From Iphione sp. A-MEVVRFRX5 (lineage: Eukaryota), in contig OZ320317.1 in NCBI GenBank assembly GCA_976226885.1, positions 81,902,001 through 81,966,000 on the forward strand: a stretch of DNA of 64,000 nucleotides, read 5' to 3'. Of this stretch, positions 51,505-64,000 are shown one piece after another. Position numbers and translations under genes: made by a program. The notes under the pieces were generated by a model. It was not told where the DNA came from. It was given only the letters and a program-made list of their open reading frames with translations, and searched no databases. How positions within the stretch are numbered: position 1 is the stretch's first letter; each line of letters opens with the position of its first letter.

Positions 51505-54143
51505 GTAAGGCCATTAATAATCCTCCCCGAACCCCAACGTGTATGCAAGGCTGGGTTTGATCGGAAGCTCTCGGCTCCGGAAAGAAAAGAACAAGAATAA
51601 CCAGAGGATCTAATGATTTCTCTACTTAAAGAAGGTCTTCGATAAGCCACTTAATTGCAAACGAGATGCGAAATTGAAAAGAAAAATGAAGGTACATATC
51701 GATGACCTTCCTCCTCATTTAAACATTCTTGCTGTGCTTGGTTTACAGACTTTGGCACTCATTCGCTTTATCGGTACATTCGTCCTTGGAATCCTGACCT
51801 GTTATCTCAGAGCTCAGGTCATCGTGGCACAACACCCTTCATCGTGACGCCAGCCAATGTAACCTCATTTAGCTCCCTCAGCTGCTGAGTTAAGGCTGCA
51901 GGTGCGCGGGTCTAATGTCCTCTGTGATCGGATCATATAAGGTGCAGGTTTTACGGTAGTTCATTCATAAGGTCATTGATCCAGACAGCGGGACAATAAA
52001 CCGGACTCCATGACAATAGCTGCGTCCCCTGTAATAGATCGGTGTTGGTTTTCACATATTTATAGTGTAGGAGGGATAAATGGTTCCCCTGATATTGTAT
52101 GGATGTAAAAAAAAAAAACGTTTACCAGATGTTAGAAAAACGTTAAACTTTTCTTAAAGACCTGCTCTGTCGTAGATTTTTTTCCAGAACAGAATGAGTG
52201 GAAATTTCATTGAAATACCCTCTCCCCAAGGATTAGGTGTGATTAGGAGCAAATGTTAGTCTTCGTAGAGAAGTTCCGTTTTACCAGATTGAGGCACTAT
52301 TTAATGGTTGGTAATTTAATAGAGAACAGCGAATACTTATTTAAAGAGTGACCATACGGTCATGTGCCGTGTTAGATTTAATGTAATTCCCCTGGAAAAA
52401 AAATGCGATTACCTCCAATCAATGGAAAAAACATGATGCAAAGAGGCTCTCCATTTACAAATAACCCCTCTACGGTCTTTTAAAAGATGCATTTATTCAT
52501 GGCTATTACCACTAGAGCCAGATAGGAATGGTTCTCTCGTCCCATTTTTTTCAATCTAGAATAAATTCTAGGGAAAAATTGGTATGACATCGGCCAACTT
52601 CCTGTACCTTTCACTATACGTGTTGCCCCCCCCCCGCCCGCCCCCTTGGAGTCAGGCTGGTGTTTATTGTTTTCTAATGTGATTAATCATGTTGCGTAAA
52701 TATGCCCGGTGGTGTATGTTCGCCCGACATTTCAAAATGCCAATAAGAGTGCCCTGATCCGCTCGTGCGGTCAAGGTAGCATAGGGAATCCATCTTGTTT
52801 TAACTGACACCCAACTCTCTTCTGGCCCACGGTGCCTGATCATTTGCAGTCTAATTTACTCTGTGCATATCCTTCAAGCTTGTAAGGTCGATATGAGGTC
52901 TCACATCAAGCAACTCAATAGGCCTGTAGCTTATTTGGTCTATATACACGTAAATTCTTCTTTTCAACTTTCTCAATATCCTCCCCTGTCTGACCATCCT
53001 TTCCCCTGGTTCTATATATATAGTAAGGTTCCCTACCTCCGTCCCCCATTGACCTTCTCAGGAGTGTATTATTTTAAAATGGAGGACATATCCTTAACAT
53101 ATTCTCTGTAATATTAGGGGGTTGGTGTGAATTGTGTATATATATACACCCCCACTCCGTTTAGAACACTGTCCATCTGTGTCTACAGCTTTCCTATCCA
53201 GTGGATAGGCATCAGTATGTGCTATGTTCTTTACATAAAGACGGAACACCCATGTCCCCATTCGGGGCATATGTTGTCTGTCATTGATGGGCACCACGCA
53301 AACAGCATTGTACCAGACAGAGTACATGCTGGCATGTTTGATGTAAACAAAAAGTACTGTACTGTATTTCTTAATAGTTTTGGATTATAATTTTACAGTA
53401 TACTGTGAAATTCCTGTACAATGTGTAACCACAATATCATACTATTTGGTAAATAACAGAAAATATATTGCAAATCATGAAATTGTTTACCCTACCTATT
53501 GAAAATGTTGCTTGAAAGTAGTCCGTCCCTATTGAAGTCTCATGCTGTTCATGAGATGTGTGTGTTGTGCATATTTATACATATTTACTACATGAAAAGT
53601 TTTCTTTTCTGAAAAGTGGAAAGTGCAAATGCTTCAAATCTTTTTAGCATAAAGGATTCACAACACTAGTGGGATGAACTAGACTACTTTTTCAATTAGT
53701 GTAGGAATACTGTCCTACTTAGATTCTCTCTCTCTTATGTTGATTTGTCAGTTCATGATATGGTGACCTGATTAGGCCACACCAAGTTGGTCTGTCATTG
53801 GATGTTTCCTTAAATGTGGCAAGCTCCTCACACATATGGGCTGCCCAGCCCACCCCTCCCCTGGAGCAACAACCAGTGTAAGCACTAAAAGCACTTGCAA
53901 TATAACAAAAGTAATGAATTGTGATATAATTTATATCTTTATCTTAATATGATAGACTCTGAGATGGTGTTATATATATGTATAATTATATATATAGATG
54001 TATATAACAATTAAGGTCTGCAAAGCATTTCTCAACCATTAGCATAAAAAGAATTATCTGTCCTAACATGTACATCATGTAATTTCTATACAGAGTTTGC
54101 TGTTAGATAAAAGAGTAGTTCTGGCTGTAGAATTACCAGTACG

Positions 54144-54227
54144 GTACCAATATCCAACAGTATAGCACATTATATCTATATATCTGAATTGCTAAACAAT
54201 GATGGTACTATACTGTGGAATTGGTAC
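54144..54227. repeat. Small inverted repeat (hairpin/MITE-like)
   Basis: GTACCAATATCCAACAGTATAG versus CTATACTGTGGAATTGGTAC: about 20-bp arms with two small indels. Confidence 0.55.
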
Positions 54228-55867
54228 TGAGAGTAATTTATTGTTGTTTTACAGTCAATGTCTTAGAGTGTGAAAATTCTGACTCAGATGTTGATGAAGA
54301 CCCTTCGGCTTCTCTCTTATTGCTGTTGTAATTTTCCGGGAGACACGATGCCATAATACAGAAAAACCTCTCCCGTACTCTCCATGTTATATTTAGTGCC
54401 GGGCCCGCCCTTAACTCTTCGCAAGAATGTATGTAAGTGTTTCCATTTGAGTCGCAATGTTTTGCCTGCTGGGCTTTTCCTGGTTTGCCTGATTACCCAA
54501 GAGGTCTGCCCTTACTGGACCTGTAGATGAGAGACCTGCCTGCCAGGAGGTGCGTGGGTGGGAGCAGGCTCAGGTGGCCAGCGGAGATGTTTTCCACTGA
54601 GACATTCCTTGGTCTTTTTTTCAGCCCCAGTATACGTCTGGTTGGGCTCCCAGTTGGTCTTCGTTTGAATACGATTTCTTAGAAATGAGCCCACATTCCA
54701 CGTTGCCTTCAACCCGTCAGCAGATGCTTACAATAAATCGCCGTAGACATCGACACTGTTGATTATTATTTATATCAGAAATAGACACGATACCTTTCAC
54801 AACTTTTTTTGCGTAGAAGGTTCACACAAGGGCTAATTTCTATCACCTTGTTTGTCCATTTTCGGTATTCCTAGAGATTAGTGACAATATGCCTCAAATT
54901 GCTTGATTAGTATGTGGGTATATGTAAGGACGAAGACGTCTGCCTATTGCCCGCGTTTTTACCTCCTCGGTAAGATTGTTGTTTTTCGTATTGTGGTTAA
55001 ATTTTGCTACAGACTGACCACAGATGACGTCCAGTAGGTGATCCCAAATACAATAACTGCTGACTCTGCACAGATCTTTAAAGACATGTAGCAAATTTAT
55101 GGAAACGCACACATTTTTTTCACGCAACTTTCGTATGGCTCATGCATGTTTACATAATGTTCTTTCAATTCGGTATATACCAATCATATCAAATATTAGT
55201 CATCACATGAAAAGTAATTTTTGGAAAGTGTTTGTTATTTTGACTATGACAGAGTAGGGTGAAGGTTTCAGCGAGCTGATCTTCCACGGGCCTTCATACG
55301 TAGCTATTACAACTACCGTATCTTCAGGGACTACTTACTCTTAGCAACTTCAACTATACAATGAGAAACAATGTGAAACACCAATTGGCCGATTACAATT
55401 AGGAGTTCAGAAAACAATCGATAATCGAATATATTGTCCCTGATGATTCCTGTTATATATACTGAGTTATACTTTCAATAACGACAGTTCTCTTCCTCGT
55501 TTCAGATGTTGGACTTATACTCTTGCTGATAATGGCTTTTGGAGGATGCAAAGGTATGTTGTTCATTACCCAATTCTTTTTTTTCATGATTGCATGCCGA
55601 TAGTATTGGTAGTGTCATCCTCAATGACATCGGGTATTGTCGTCTGCCTGTAGTTATCGGAAAGTCGTCTGCTTTGCCGTTGGAAGTATCATCTAATGCA
55701 CAGTGTAATTTCCCCTCTATCTTTAGAGTAATTGAAATGTCAAGCCACCGCCCGTACAATTAGACTCGAGCTGGAAGGTTTTTGAAGTCTTGGAAGAGGG
55801 AATGGGGCTTTCTAGGCTGGCAAGCACTCAAAGGGCGTTTGTGAAGGGTTCGCATTTCTAACCGCGT

Positions 55868-55950
55868 TTCCACTAGAGGGCCATCGTATTGTCGTCAGTT
55901 AGACAGCTTCCGCTTCCGGTCCAGTTTTTTTTGGTCATGCGCATCTTCCG
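55868..55950. promoter_or_regulatory. CTCF-like site plus ETS-like and NRF1-like words
   Basis: CCACTAGAGGGCC at 55870-55882, CTTCCGCTTCCGG near 55907-55919, TGCGCAT and CTTCCGG near 55938-55951. Confidence 0.45.
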
Positions 55951-57064
55951 GGGCTGCATTTACGCGGGGATAGCCTAGTTTTATCGACGACTTATGGACC
56001 ACAGGATAGTTAGGCACATTTAATAATGGTGTTTTTCGTATTTTTGCGTCTAAACCAGGCAGCTGGTCTCTGTTTTTGTAATCTCACTTCAGGTAAATTT
56101 ACTCGCCTATTTATTTTCTCATGCTAGTTGGACATCCGTTTCGTCCATGAACTCTGCATGCAGATTGTTAGCTTTGCGCAGATCACCGAAAAAGAAATCT
56201 GAAAAAATAAGCATGTTTTGCAGAACAAATAAAACAGAAGGTTTGTGTAAATTATCCAGCAGTATTCTGACTCAGTTGTGGTGATCTACCAAATGGCAGT
56301 CTCATTGATTAAGGATGGACGTTTGTCTCATTCACCGTTGTGTTATCTTGGTAACACATGCCATACATAAAGACATTTGTTCATTCTAAGCTTAACGACA
56401 GACCCCACCTGGTGGCTCCCGTGGGAATTGCTGTCGGAGTGTGCAGGATTACACAAAACAACAAATACATCGATAATTCTATCGCCAACATTGTGCTTCA
56501 ACGCATTCCCCGGGGTTCCTCCCTTGGTGAATTCAGATGGTTCTATTTTCCCTCCTGAATCAATTAAGAGTTTGATATTAAAGATAAAAAAGACAATTTT
56601 CCGGTGAAGATGTCAACAATTCGATTCTTTTGACAAATACACCCAAGAAGTCAGCTAGGATTATGAATAGTCTTGACCTAGATGAAACACACCCTCAGGA
56701 GTCCGCACTGCCTCTGTGCTGTTTAGCTGTACAGGGCACTCTATCCCATCGAATGACGCAAAATGTTAAATATAGATGATATACAATGTCCGTTTATGCG
56801 CCGACTGATGCTAATAGTACTAAACGAGAAAAGTATTCATGGAGATGTAATCCCTCTATTCGTATCAGATCTGAGGTACTGAAACAATTATGAATGTGTC
56901 AGTGCTAAAAACAGACACGAAGGCTTCGTTTCGATGAGAGAGCCTTCATTGTTCCCCGACAGAACACATAACTTAGCAGGTTTTTCTCAGATGAGAAATT
57001 CTGTCCTATGGACGCCCCACATGAACCTGTAGTGCAATATTCCCCTGAACAGAGTGAGGCATAC

Positions 57065-57110
57065 GTAAGTAAGTAAGTAAGTGAGTAAGTAAGTAAGTAA
57101 GTAAGTAAGT
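57065..57110. repeat. (GTAA)n microsatellite
   Basis: About 11 units with one GTGA interruption. Confidence 0.95.
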
Positions 57111-60100
57111 TAGACCCGCCCGAGCAGCTCATTATGAGTAGCTCGAACCTCTCACACAGCTGTGAGATATTCTCACAGGTTGCCAAGCCTTGCTGCCGGC
57201 CCACCGGTCTCCCGCAAACAGCGGGTGGCTGCGGGATGGAGGCGAATTCAGACATAAACACATATGGTAGTGATAAGGGCGGCCACACCTTGTTTGTATT
57301 CTGACCTCTAGGCGTTGCTGGCAGATCACAAAGTGGGAAACCAACTGTCGACCCATTTACATTGGCAGGTATAGGATAGTTCCGCATAAAAGTCGGCAAT
57401 TTCAGGAATGCACTTGCAGCGAAAAAAGGACATATGAAAAGAACAGCAATGGTGCATTCTTCACTAACTTACTTTACCTAATAATACAGTAATGTATGAC
57501 AATTTGCACATTGCGAAAAAATAAAGAAGGGACAGTTCATGGCCCGGAAATAGTTGGTATGTTTAGCAAATACATGGATATTCCATCTTTTTTATCAGAA
57601 GTTCGCCTTAACATATGACACTTTTGGTAGATCCTCAGACCCGAGATTTACTTCGATTATAAGTGAAAAGTCAATCTGGTCACTTTTGAAATATACTAGA
57701 GGTCCCACCTACCGGCTATGACAGTGTAGTTAGAAGCAAGCAGTAGAAGTTCAACCATGTGGCGTCTCTGTCCATAATTTTAGCATCGTGCTTCTCAGTG
57801 AAAAAGCCATGCATTTGCAAGGCATCCATGGCAGTGCGGTTTAGCCAACTGGCCTGATTGTTGAAATAGTAAATCTATATGAATGACTTAACAGTCAAAG
57901 TGTATTTGAAGGTGTCAGAATGTCTTCTAGAGAGGTGTGCTGCTAGAGTCCAAAAAAAACCCTCTTCTGTTGAGGGCGAACTCCCTGCAACCTTTTAAAT
58001 TATTTCTTCTTAAATATGTATTTTTCCATTATTTCCGCGCACCAAGACAAAATGCTTTTGTATGGAGGTTCATGTGCATATTATGTAATAAATATATATC
58101 AAGGATACATGAAGTTAAAATACTCTACGATAATCTTTGATAATCAGATCGAAAGGGAAAGATTGTTTAGATATTGCTCAGAGACACAAAATAAAATGAA
58201 AATCATTAGACATCAAAAGGAATTCTATTTTGAAAAATGGCAAGAATTATGTAACGAATATCTTACAAAAATGTTTATGTAAGCAAAAACATTAACAATA
58301 ACGGAAGGAATACCTACATATATGAAAAAGAATGAAAGACTGACCAGCGAACGTTGATTTATATGACAGCATATCGGAAGAGCTGGGGCTCTGTCCCCAG
58401 ATTCCCAGCTTGGCACCCAGTGTGTCTGCAGGCTGACGTTATTTCTCTCGTTTTTCACACCCGTTTTCAATCCAGTTTTTCCTCCGAAGTCTTTCTTTTC
58501 AATTATCAAACAGGAAACAGGCACACCGTCGCCTAGTCGGGTGATCAAAGCTGTTATCCGAGTCATGTTGCTTTCGAGGCTTTTTTAAGCATTTCTTTTT
58601 CTAGTTTCTATCCCCTCTCTATCGGCGATCGTAATTCGGCATTTTTAGCGCCAGAAACTTGTGGCTTTAGCAGATGAAAGCCACTGACGTAAAGGTCAAC
58701 GAGTGTGCATTTACATTGGTGTTTTGCTACGCTGGCCGGTGTAACTGAGCACAATGCCCAATTGCAAATTCTTGAAATCTTCCCCCCTCCCACCGTCAGT
58801 TATTTTTACTCCTGTCCTCCTCTAAAATAGCACCCCCTGCGTCATCTCTGTGATTCGTCCCGTCTATGAGTGATGGAAAGAAGGCGTTCAAAATGGTACC
58901 GATGATAAGAGACGGATGAGAGTAGTAGAATAGCGACGAAAAGGTCATGATGATAGCCGTCCGATGAACAGCTGTAATCAGGCACTAGTTCGCGCTTTAC
59001 ACACTCCTCGTTATATTAATTGGCACCGATGAGCCATAAATATATCAAGGCTTTGCCTAGAATATGAAGGCTAGTCAATTAAAATTATTAAAAACTCATT
59101 ATACGGCGGTCTGTGGGCGGAAGTCATGATTAAGAGAACGTGTAGCAAAAAAAAGTGGGCATGGCTTGATACTTTGATTGATGTTACACTAAGTAAGAAA
59201 TCAAAGTAATGGAGAGGAAACCTACCGTCCAATATCATCACTCCCTTCACAAACATCTCGAGTGAAATCGCTGGATCTTGTTTTACATGTTTACCCGGGA
59301 TAAATGGCCTTTCGGTGTCAACATCATTTGCAAGCCTGCAGTTATTGACGTTAGTTTCTCTGAGGATGGGTGAGGTAGTTCATTACCTAGACCTTAACCA
59401 TGGTGCAAAACAGTTTTCGTTTTTGGCAGTCGCCCTGCGTGCGTTCTTGGGTCTCTGCACGTAATTACGTGGGTGTTGGGTTGTATCTTCTTTAGTTGTT
59501 TGTAATCCTGCACTCCCAATAATCATGCTGTCAACAACCAGTAAACTAGTTACTTCTCCGTAAGGTAACACTCGACAGTGCTGGCTCGCCACGGCGAAGA
59601 TAGGTTTGTCTCTCCGATGATCTGTCACAGACGATGAATGAGTATGAAAATACAAAATAATCATTCATACTTTATATTTTAACCAGCCGCATGCATGGAC
59701 CTTAATGGGACAGTCCCCGTTTTTTGCTATTTTTTTTTATCTGCGTAGGTTTTACACCTTACCTATCATCAATTCTATTACACAGTCACCTTTAAGTGCG
59801 AGGCTCTCGATCTCGGTGAAAGTTCCATTTATTCTACTAGCTAGAACGGTCTATTGTGCTCGACCTGAGCAAAGGCTCAGTACTTTCCATTGCCTAAGTG
59901 ACCTTTCGCACACAATCCCTCAGTCCTGTAGGTTAAATAGGTCTTCTATATGTATGTATTGTTAATATTAGGGCATTATCACTGCCTGCAATATTAAATT
60001 CGGGACTGAGTACTAAAATTGCCCTTCGGGGAGAAAATGGTATTTAGCTTGAGCCTTTCATCTAGATAACCTTTTAGATAGACTTTAAACTATACTGTAC

Positions 60101-62093
60101 TGGCCATACATAATGTAGTATATAGCTGTATTTAACAGTATTACAGTTAATCACAATACGGTCATGTTCCATAGGAAAAAGACCACAGCTTTCAAGTAAA
60201 GTAAACTAGACAATGTTACTTATATATTATAGAGTTGACAATGATTTTGTTGACTATACAATATAAACGTACATTTTAACAGAACATGTATAAACATACA
60301 GCCCGTCCAAATGTAAGTAGTATACTAGCGTTATATGCATGGGCATTTACTGTAAAACCTACTAGAATTTACAAGGTAGTAATGCCTGCATGGTTTGCCA
60401 GTACAGCATGTATATTTAATGGTACACCATTCCATGTGCATGTACACACTGCTGAAGATAACAGATTTATAACGCCAAACCGTGTAACCCCGCGCTGTAC
60501 CGTCATTTGCCAGTACCGGGATATTTTTCCAGCCAGTAATGTACCAGTATTTCACTAGACAGTAAACGTACAGTTATTTTACCGTCCATGTTCAAGAGAA
60601 GAGTGTATGTACCTCTCCTTTGGCAGAAACAAAGCCATCGGTGTGCTTTGTATCGCCCTAGAGCACAGGAAGTACCGTCAAATATAGGTTCCGGTGGAGC
60701 TCTCCGCCGGATTGTCCGGGCGATAACTTAGCGTTCCTGTTTCCATGGCGCACATGGAGCTCACCAACCGCTCAGGCCAGTGGGAAGCGAAAGGATTTCT
60801 GCTTGGTCTGTGACGGAGTAGTCTCCAAGGACACTTTTTTGGAGGTGCTCTCTACTACTGCAAGTCTTTTTTCCCCGTTCTTACTGGAGTCCAGTCTTCC
60901 AATTCCGCTATACATTCCTGACGGAGAATCGTTCTTTCATTTGTATTTTCTCGCTCAGAAGATAAACATTTTCCATGAAGAACTCGTTTGGCGAGAAAGG
61001 TTGCTTCCTTCAGACAAACAAGATAGATTCTCATCACGAAATAACAAATGGAGCTTACATCACTGGCGCGAAACCTCCACTATGTGTACGAAATGGCTAC
61101 GGTCCAGACCAATGTGTAGAAAAAGACACACCAGGGTTAGTCGTATAGGAAAATACAGCTTCGAGAAAGCCGGGACAGAATTAAACTAAGACCAATCCGA
61201 TCTGGCATGCCTCTATGGCACAGAGACATGAACAGTGGCGCGCGGGATCTATAGGTCCAGTGACAGCAGCATCAGGGCAGGCGAAGGCGGCAAGGGGAGC
61301 GGTCGAATTGGTGCGAACAGCAAGAAGGCCGAGGGTGCGCACGGTGTTTGCTTGAAAGGGAGGGTTGACGATGGAGTTGGACAAGGGCCGAGTCGTGGCC
61401 TCCGAGCCCAAATACTGCGGAGTGAGGTCGACGGCGGTGGTGGCTACTACGAGCGACGTGCCCGCAGCCCTAACCCGACCAGGCGTCTATCAGTGTACAA
61501 AGCTGCTTTCTCTATAGCATTACGAATCATCATTTCCTTTGCATCTTCGTTTTTTTTTTAATTGTTCTTTGATATCTGTCTCAATAACAACTGGTTAGAT
61601 AATCTCCGTAACACTGGGTTGTAAGAGATAAATATGAATCTACGAATAGACCGAAGATATATACATGTATATGTGATATATATACACACGCCTTTACTAT
61701 TCACTGAGTGGACAAAAGGTAGCGGAAGAAAGCACTTAATGCCGTTTGTTCTGCAACATACCAGCTGACATCTTGATTTCCTATACATGTTTTACACCGC
61801 TCATAGGAAACATTCTTCCGTATCTTCTTCATGATTGTGAATATGCCTACGTAAACGTTTGCACATATATAAATAGATATCTATATTTGCGGGGAGGAAC
61901 TTCCCATCTTTCAGATCACGTACATATCACTATTATATGAGATGGGCAGCACTGCTTGGTTAGTGGCCAAATAAAGTATTCAGCATTGATGAGTCCACTC
62001 CCGATGAAACTTTACGGCCCTGACCGGCGTAGAGGTTCACCACTAAACTTATAACCCGTACGGTCGATCCGAGAGGGCCTTCTACAGGCGTCT

Positions 62094-62107
62094 GTAACCA
62101 TGGCAAC
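62094..62107. promoter_or_regulatory. RFX X-box-like palindrome
   Basis: GTAACCATGGCAAC matches GTNRCC-N(0-3)-RGYAAC. Confidence 0.45.
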
Positions 62108-62300
62108 CGTACAGGCGTCACTTAATGTGGTTATCGCTGGTGTACCGTATTGGTGGTCTTCACTGATTGGAAGAGCAGATGATTAAAGCTTTACATTTTT
62201 TTTTAAAAACCAGAAGCACATACATGTAGATGTTATATATGACACACAAACCCTCCCCACGTTCGCCTCGTACCTTATTCTTGCACGATTAGGGAGTGAG

Positions 62301-62606
62301 CTAAAAATAGATATTTGCTGTTGTGCCGCTGTGAGCAGGTAAGAGTGTAAAGGCGCCCAGGTCCGTCATTGTCCCAGCTGAACCGGCCATGGTTAGAGGC
62401 CTCGTAATCGGTTTGCCTGTTGTTTTTTTTCGCGGTCTAGACGAGAACCATCCCTCCTGGTGCCCTGCGTCATCGCCATTGATTCCTTCCACACCAGAGG
62501 CACCAGATTGTCCACCCTCTGGTGGCATGGACTGGGGCCTGCTGCTAATACTCCCAGTCTGCTTTGTCTTTCGTCCATCAGAGAGCGCTGCGGGCTGCCA
62601 AGTCAT
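62301..62606 (-). CDS. Candidate ORF/first exon (MTWQPAALSDGRKTKQ...), product unknown
   Basis: First ATG of the listed 107-aa ORF, about 120-250 nt from the 62.7-62.9 kb motif cluster. Gly/Ser/Pro-rich with no recognised domain. Confidence 0.2.
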   Translation of the reverse strand: MTWQPAALSDGRKTKQTGSISSRPQSMPPEGGQSGASGVEGINGDDAGHQEGWFSSRPRKKTTGKPITRPLTMAGSAGTMTDLGAFTLLPAHSGTTANIYF

Positions 62607-62719
62607 GTGACCAGCTAACACCACGTGGGGTTCTGATAGGCGTCCAGGTCATGCAGCGCTGTGGTCGTATAAATCAAGCATCACTTTCGACGCCCTGATA
62701 GCCGGTGGTTAGCGCTCAG

Positions 62720-62870
62720 TGCTTACGTCATCATATAGCCAGTGTGACCAGTACCCAGGAACATGACGTGAGTGACGTCAGACGCGTCACCAAGGCAACG
62801 GCACTATATATATGAGATGACAACTTCCGGCTGTCCCCAAGACATCTGGCGGAAGTCACGTGATAAATCG
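62720..62870. promoter_or_regulatory. Promoter-like cluster: CRE, X-box, TATA-like run, two opposed ETS sites, E-box
   Basis: TGACGTCA 62773-62780, GTCACCAAGGCAAC 62786-62799, TATATATA 62805-62812, ACTTCCGG 62823-62830, GCGGAAGT directly followed by CACGTG 62858-62863. Confidence 0.6.
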
Positions 62871-63713
62871 ATGGTCGTTGTCAGGTGGAGTTCCATTTGT
62901 GGATCATTTCGTTAGGGTCCACCTGCCAATAAGGAAGGCATGCAAACTTAACGCACATCAATAACACGTCCATTTCTCAAGAATGACTCATTTTCTTAAA
63001 AGCATCTCTCCCTAGCCCAATATGGCATTCAACATTCTTTCACCGAGTAGCCACCCACCTTGCGGCATTATAATTTTCCCGTCAGCATAATTCCTCGTAT
63101 AACTATCCTTCACTAACTGTGCAACTGATATCCGTAAATCTTCCAGGCAAAGGGTCGTTTGTTTACTGAGACCAAGATTGGCAGTACTGGTGTCTCCGTG
63201 ACAATAGAATGTTTGTGCCAACGAAAACTTCAATTTATGCTTAAGAAGAGGTTGCGTGTAACAATATACATTTTATTTCTCTGTTTAAACATTTTACGAT
63301 TTGGGTGCACACATGAAACATTCTAGCTGACTATGGAACTCCAGTATTGTATGATTTATGATGGTACTGTACAGCGTTCCCAGGGTTCTTACTAATATTC
63401 CTAATTTGGACGTTTCTAGAATGATCGTAAATCTTTAATTCGTTGCTTTGTTTTCCCAGTATTGCCATTTCTGAAAAAAAAATTATTTAAATTGATGAAT
63501 GAAGAAATATACATGTAATGATAAAGCGACATGATATATCATTTCAATAATACCAGGACGTTCGGATTTAGAAACTCATATTAACTTGTCTGTTGCTCAG
63601 GAAAGATAGCTGGACGTATTTCCTGGTATTGGTAGAAATAGGGAGAAGTTACCAGCATGTTTACCCATACTGCCGTTTCGTGGTATTTTAACTAAGAGTT
63701 CACTGATATCCTC

Positions 63714-63751
63714 CCCGGGGACGGTGGGAGGGGGCGGGGGGGGAGGGGGGG
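63714..63751 (+). other. Potential G-quadruplex-forming tract
   Basis: GGGG-ACGGT-GGG-A-GGGG-C-GGGGGGG-A-GGGGGG: at least four G-runs with short loops. Similar tracts occur at about 27524-27551 and 48050-48082. Confidence 0.5.
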
Positions 63752-64000
63752 CTGTTGGCCCGTCGTTTCTCAGGATCCGTGCACCCCGCCCTCCCCACCT
63801 TCCCTCCCTGCAGTGGGCCACCTACTCTGTGAGTGCCAGGTTACATTGTCTACGTGCACACCAAAATTGTCCACCGAGAGCTCTTGATTTTGCTAATTGA
63901 GGCACATTCCTCACACCGCCGGGGCTTATTCGAGATAAAAGGCGCGCCCTAGTGGGAGAATCCGCCGACGGCTCATTATCGTCTGCCACGTAGTAACGGT

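Noticed and set aside
56990-57110. RTE-type LINE 3' end preceding (TAAG)n
   Set aside because: The upstream sequence shows no convincing RT C-terminal similarity; it is reported only as a microsatellite.

Overview
This is animal-type, repeat-rich and gene-poor DNA (roughly 40% GC by eye), not prokaryotic. It has no operons, no CRISPR array, no rRNA or intact tRNA gene, and no ORF longer than 167 aa. Frequent TACATGTA words, poly-C/G runs and the style of the small transposons remind me of lancelet (Branchiostoma) or a similar marine invertebrate; that is recognition, not a database result. Best supported: (i) at least seven full or partial copies of a GGCC-terminated MITE family with TTA/TAA-like flanks (PIF/Harbinger-like), one carrying a nested Tc1/mariner-like MITE; (ii) a tRNA-derived SINE; (iii) a 35-bp minisatellite and several microsatellites; (iv) three promoter-like motif clusters (~26.1, ~55.9 and ~62.1-62.9 kb, the last with two RFX X-boxes); (v) two decayed type I hammerhead-ribozyme-like motifs of the minimal, Penelope-associated kind. 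About a dozen splice-site-bounded candidate exons and several protein-like frames interrupted by stops occur on both strands, but I recognise no protein family and cannot assemble a gene. I cannot support a novel biological system here. The hammerhead-like motifs and the X-box promoter are the items most worth checking. The provenance of the window (real intergenic/intronic DNA versus model-generated sequence) should be confirmed first.
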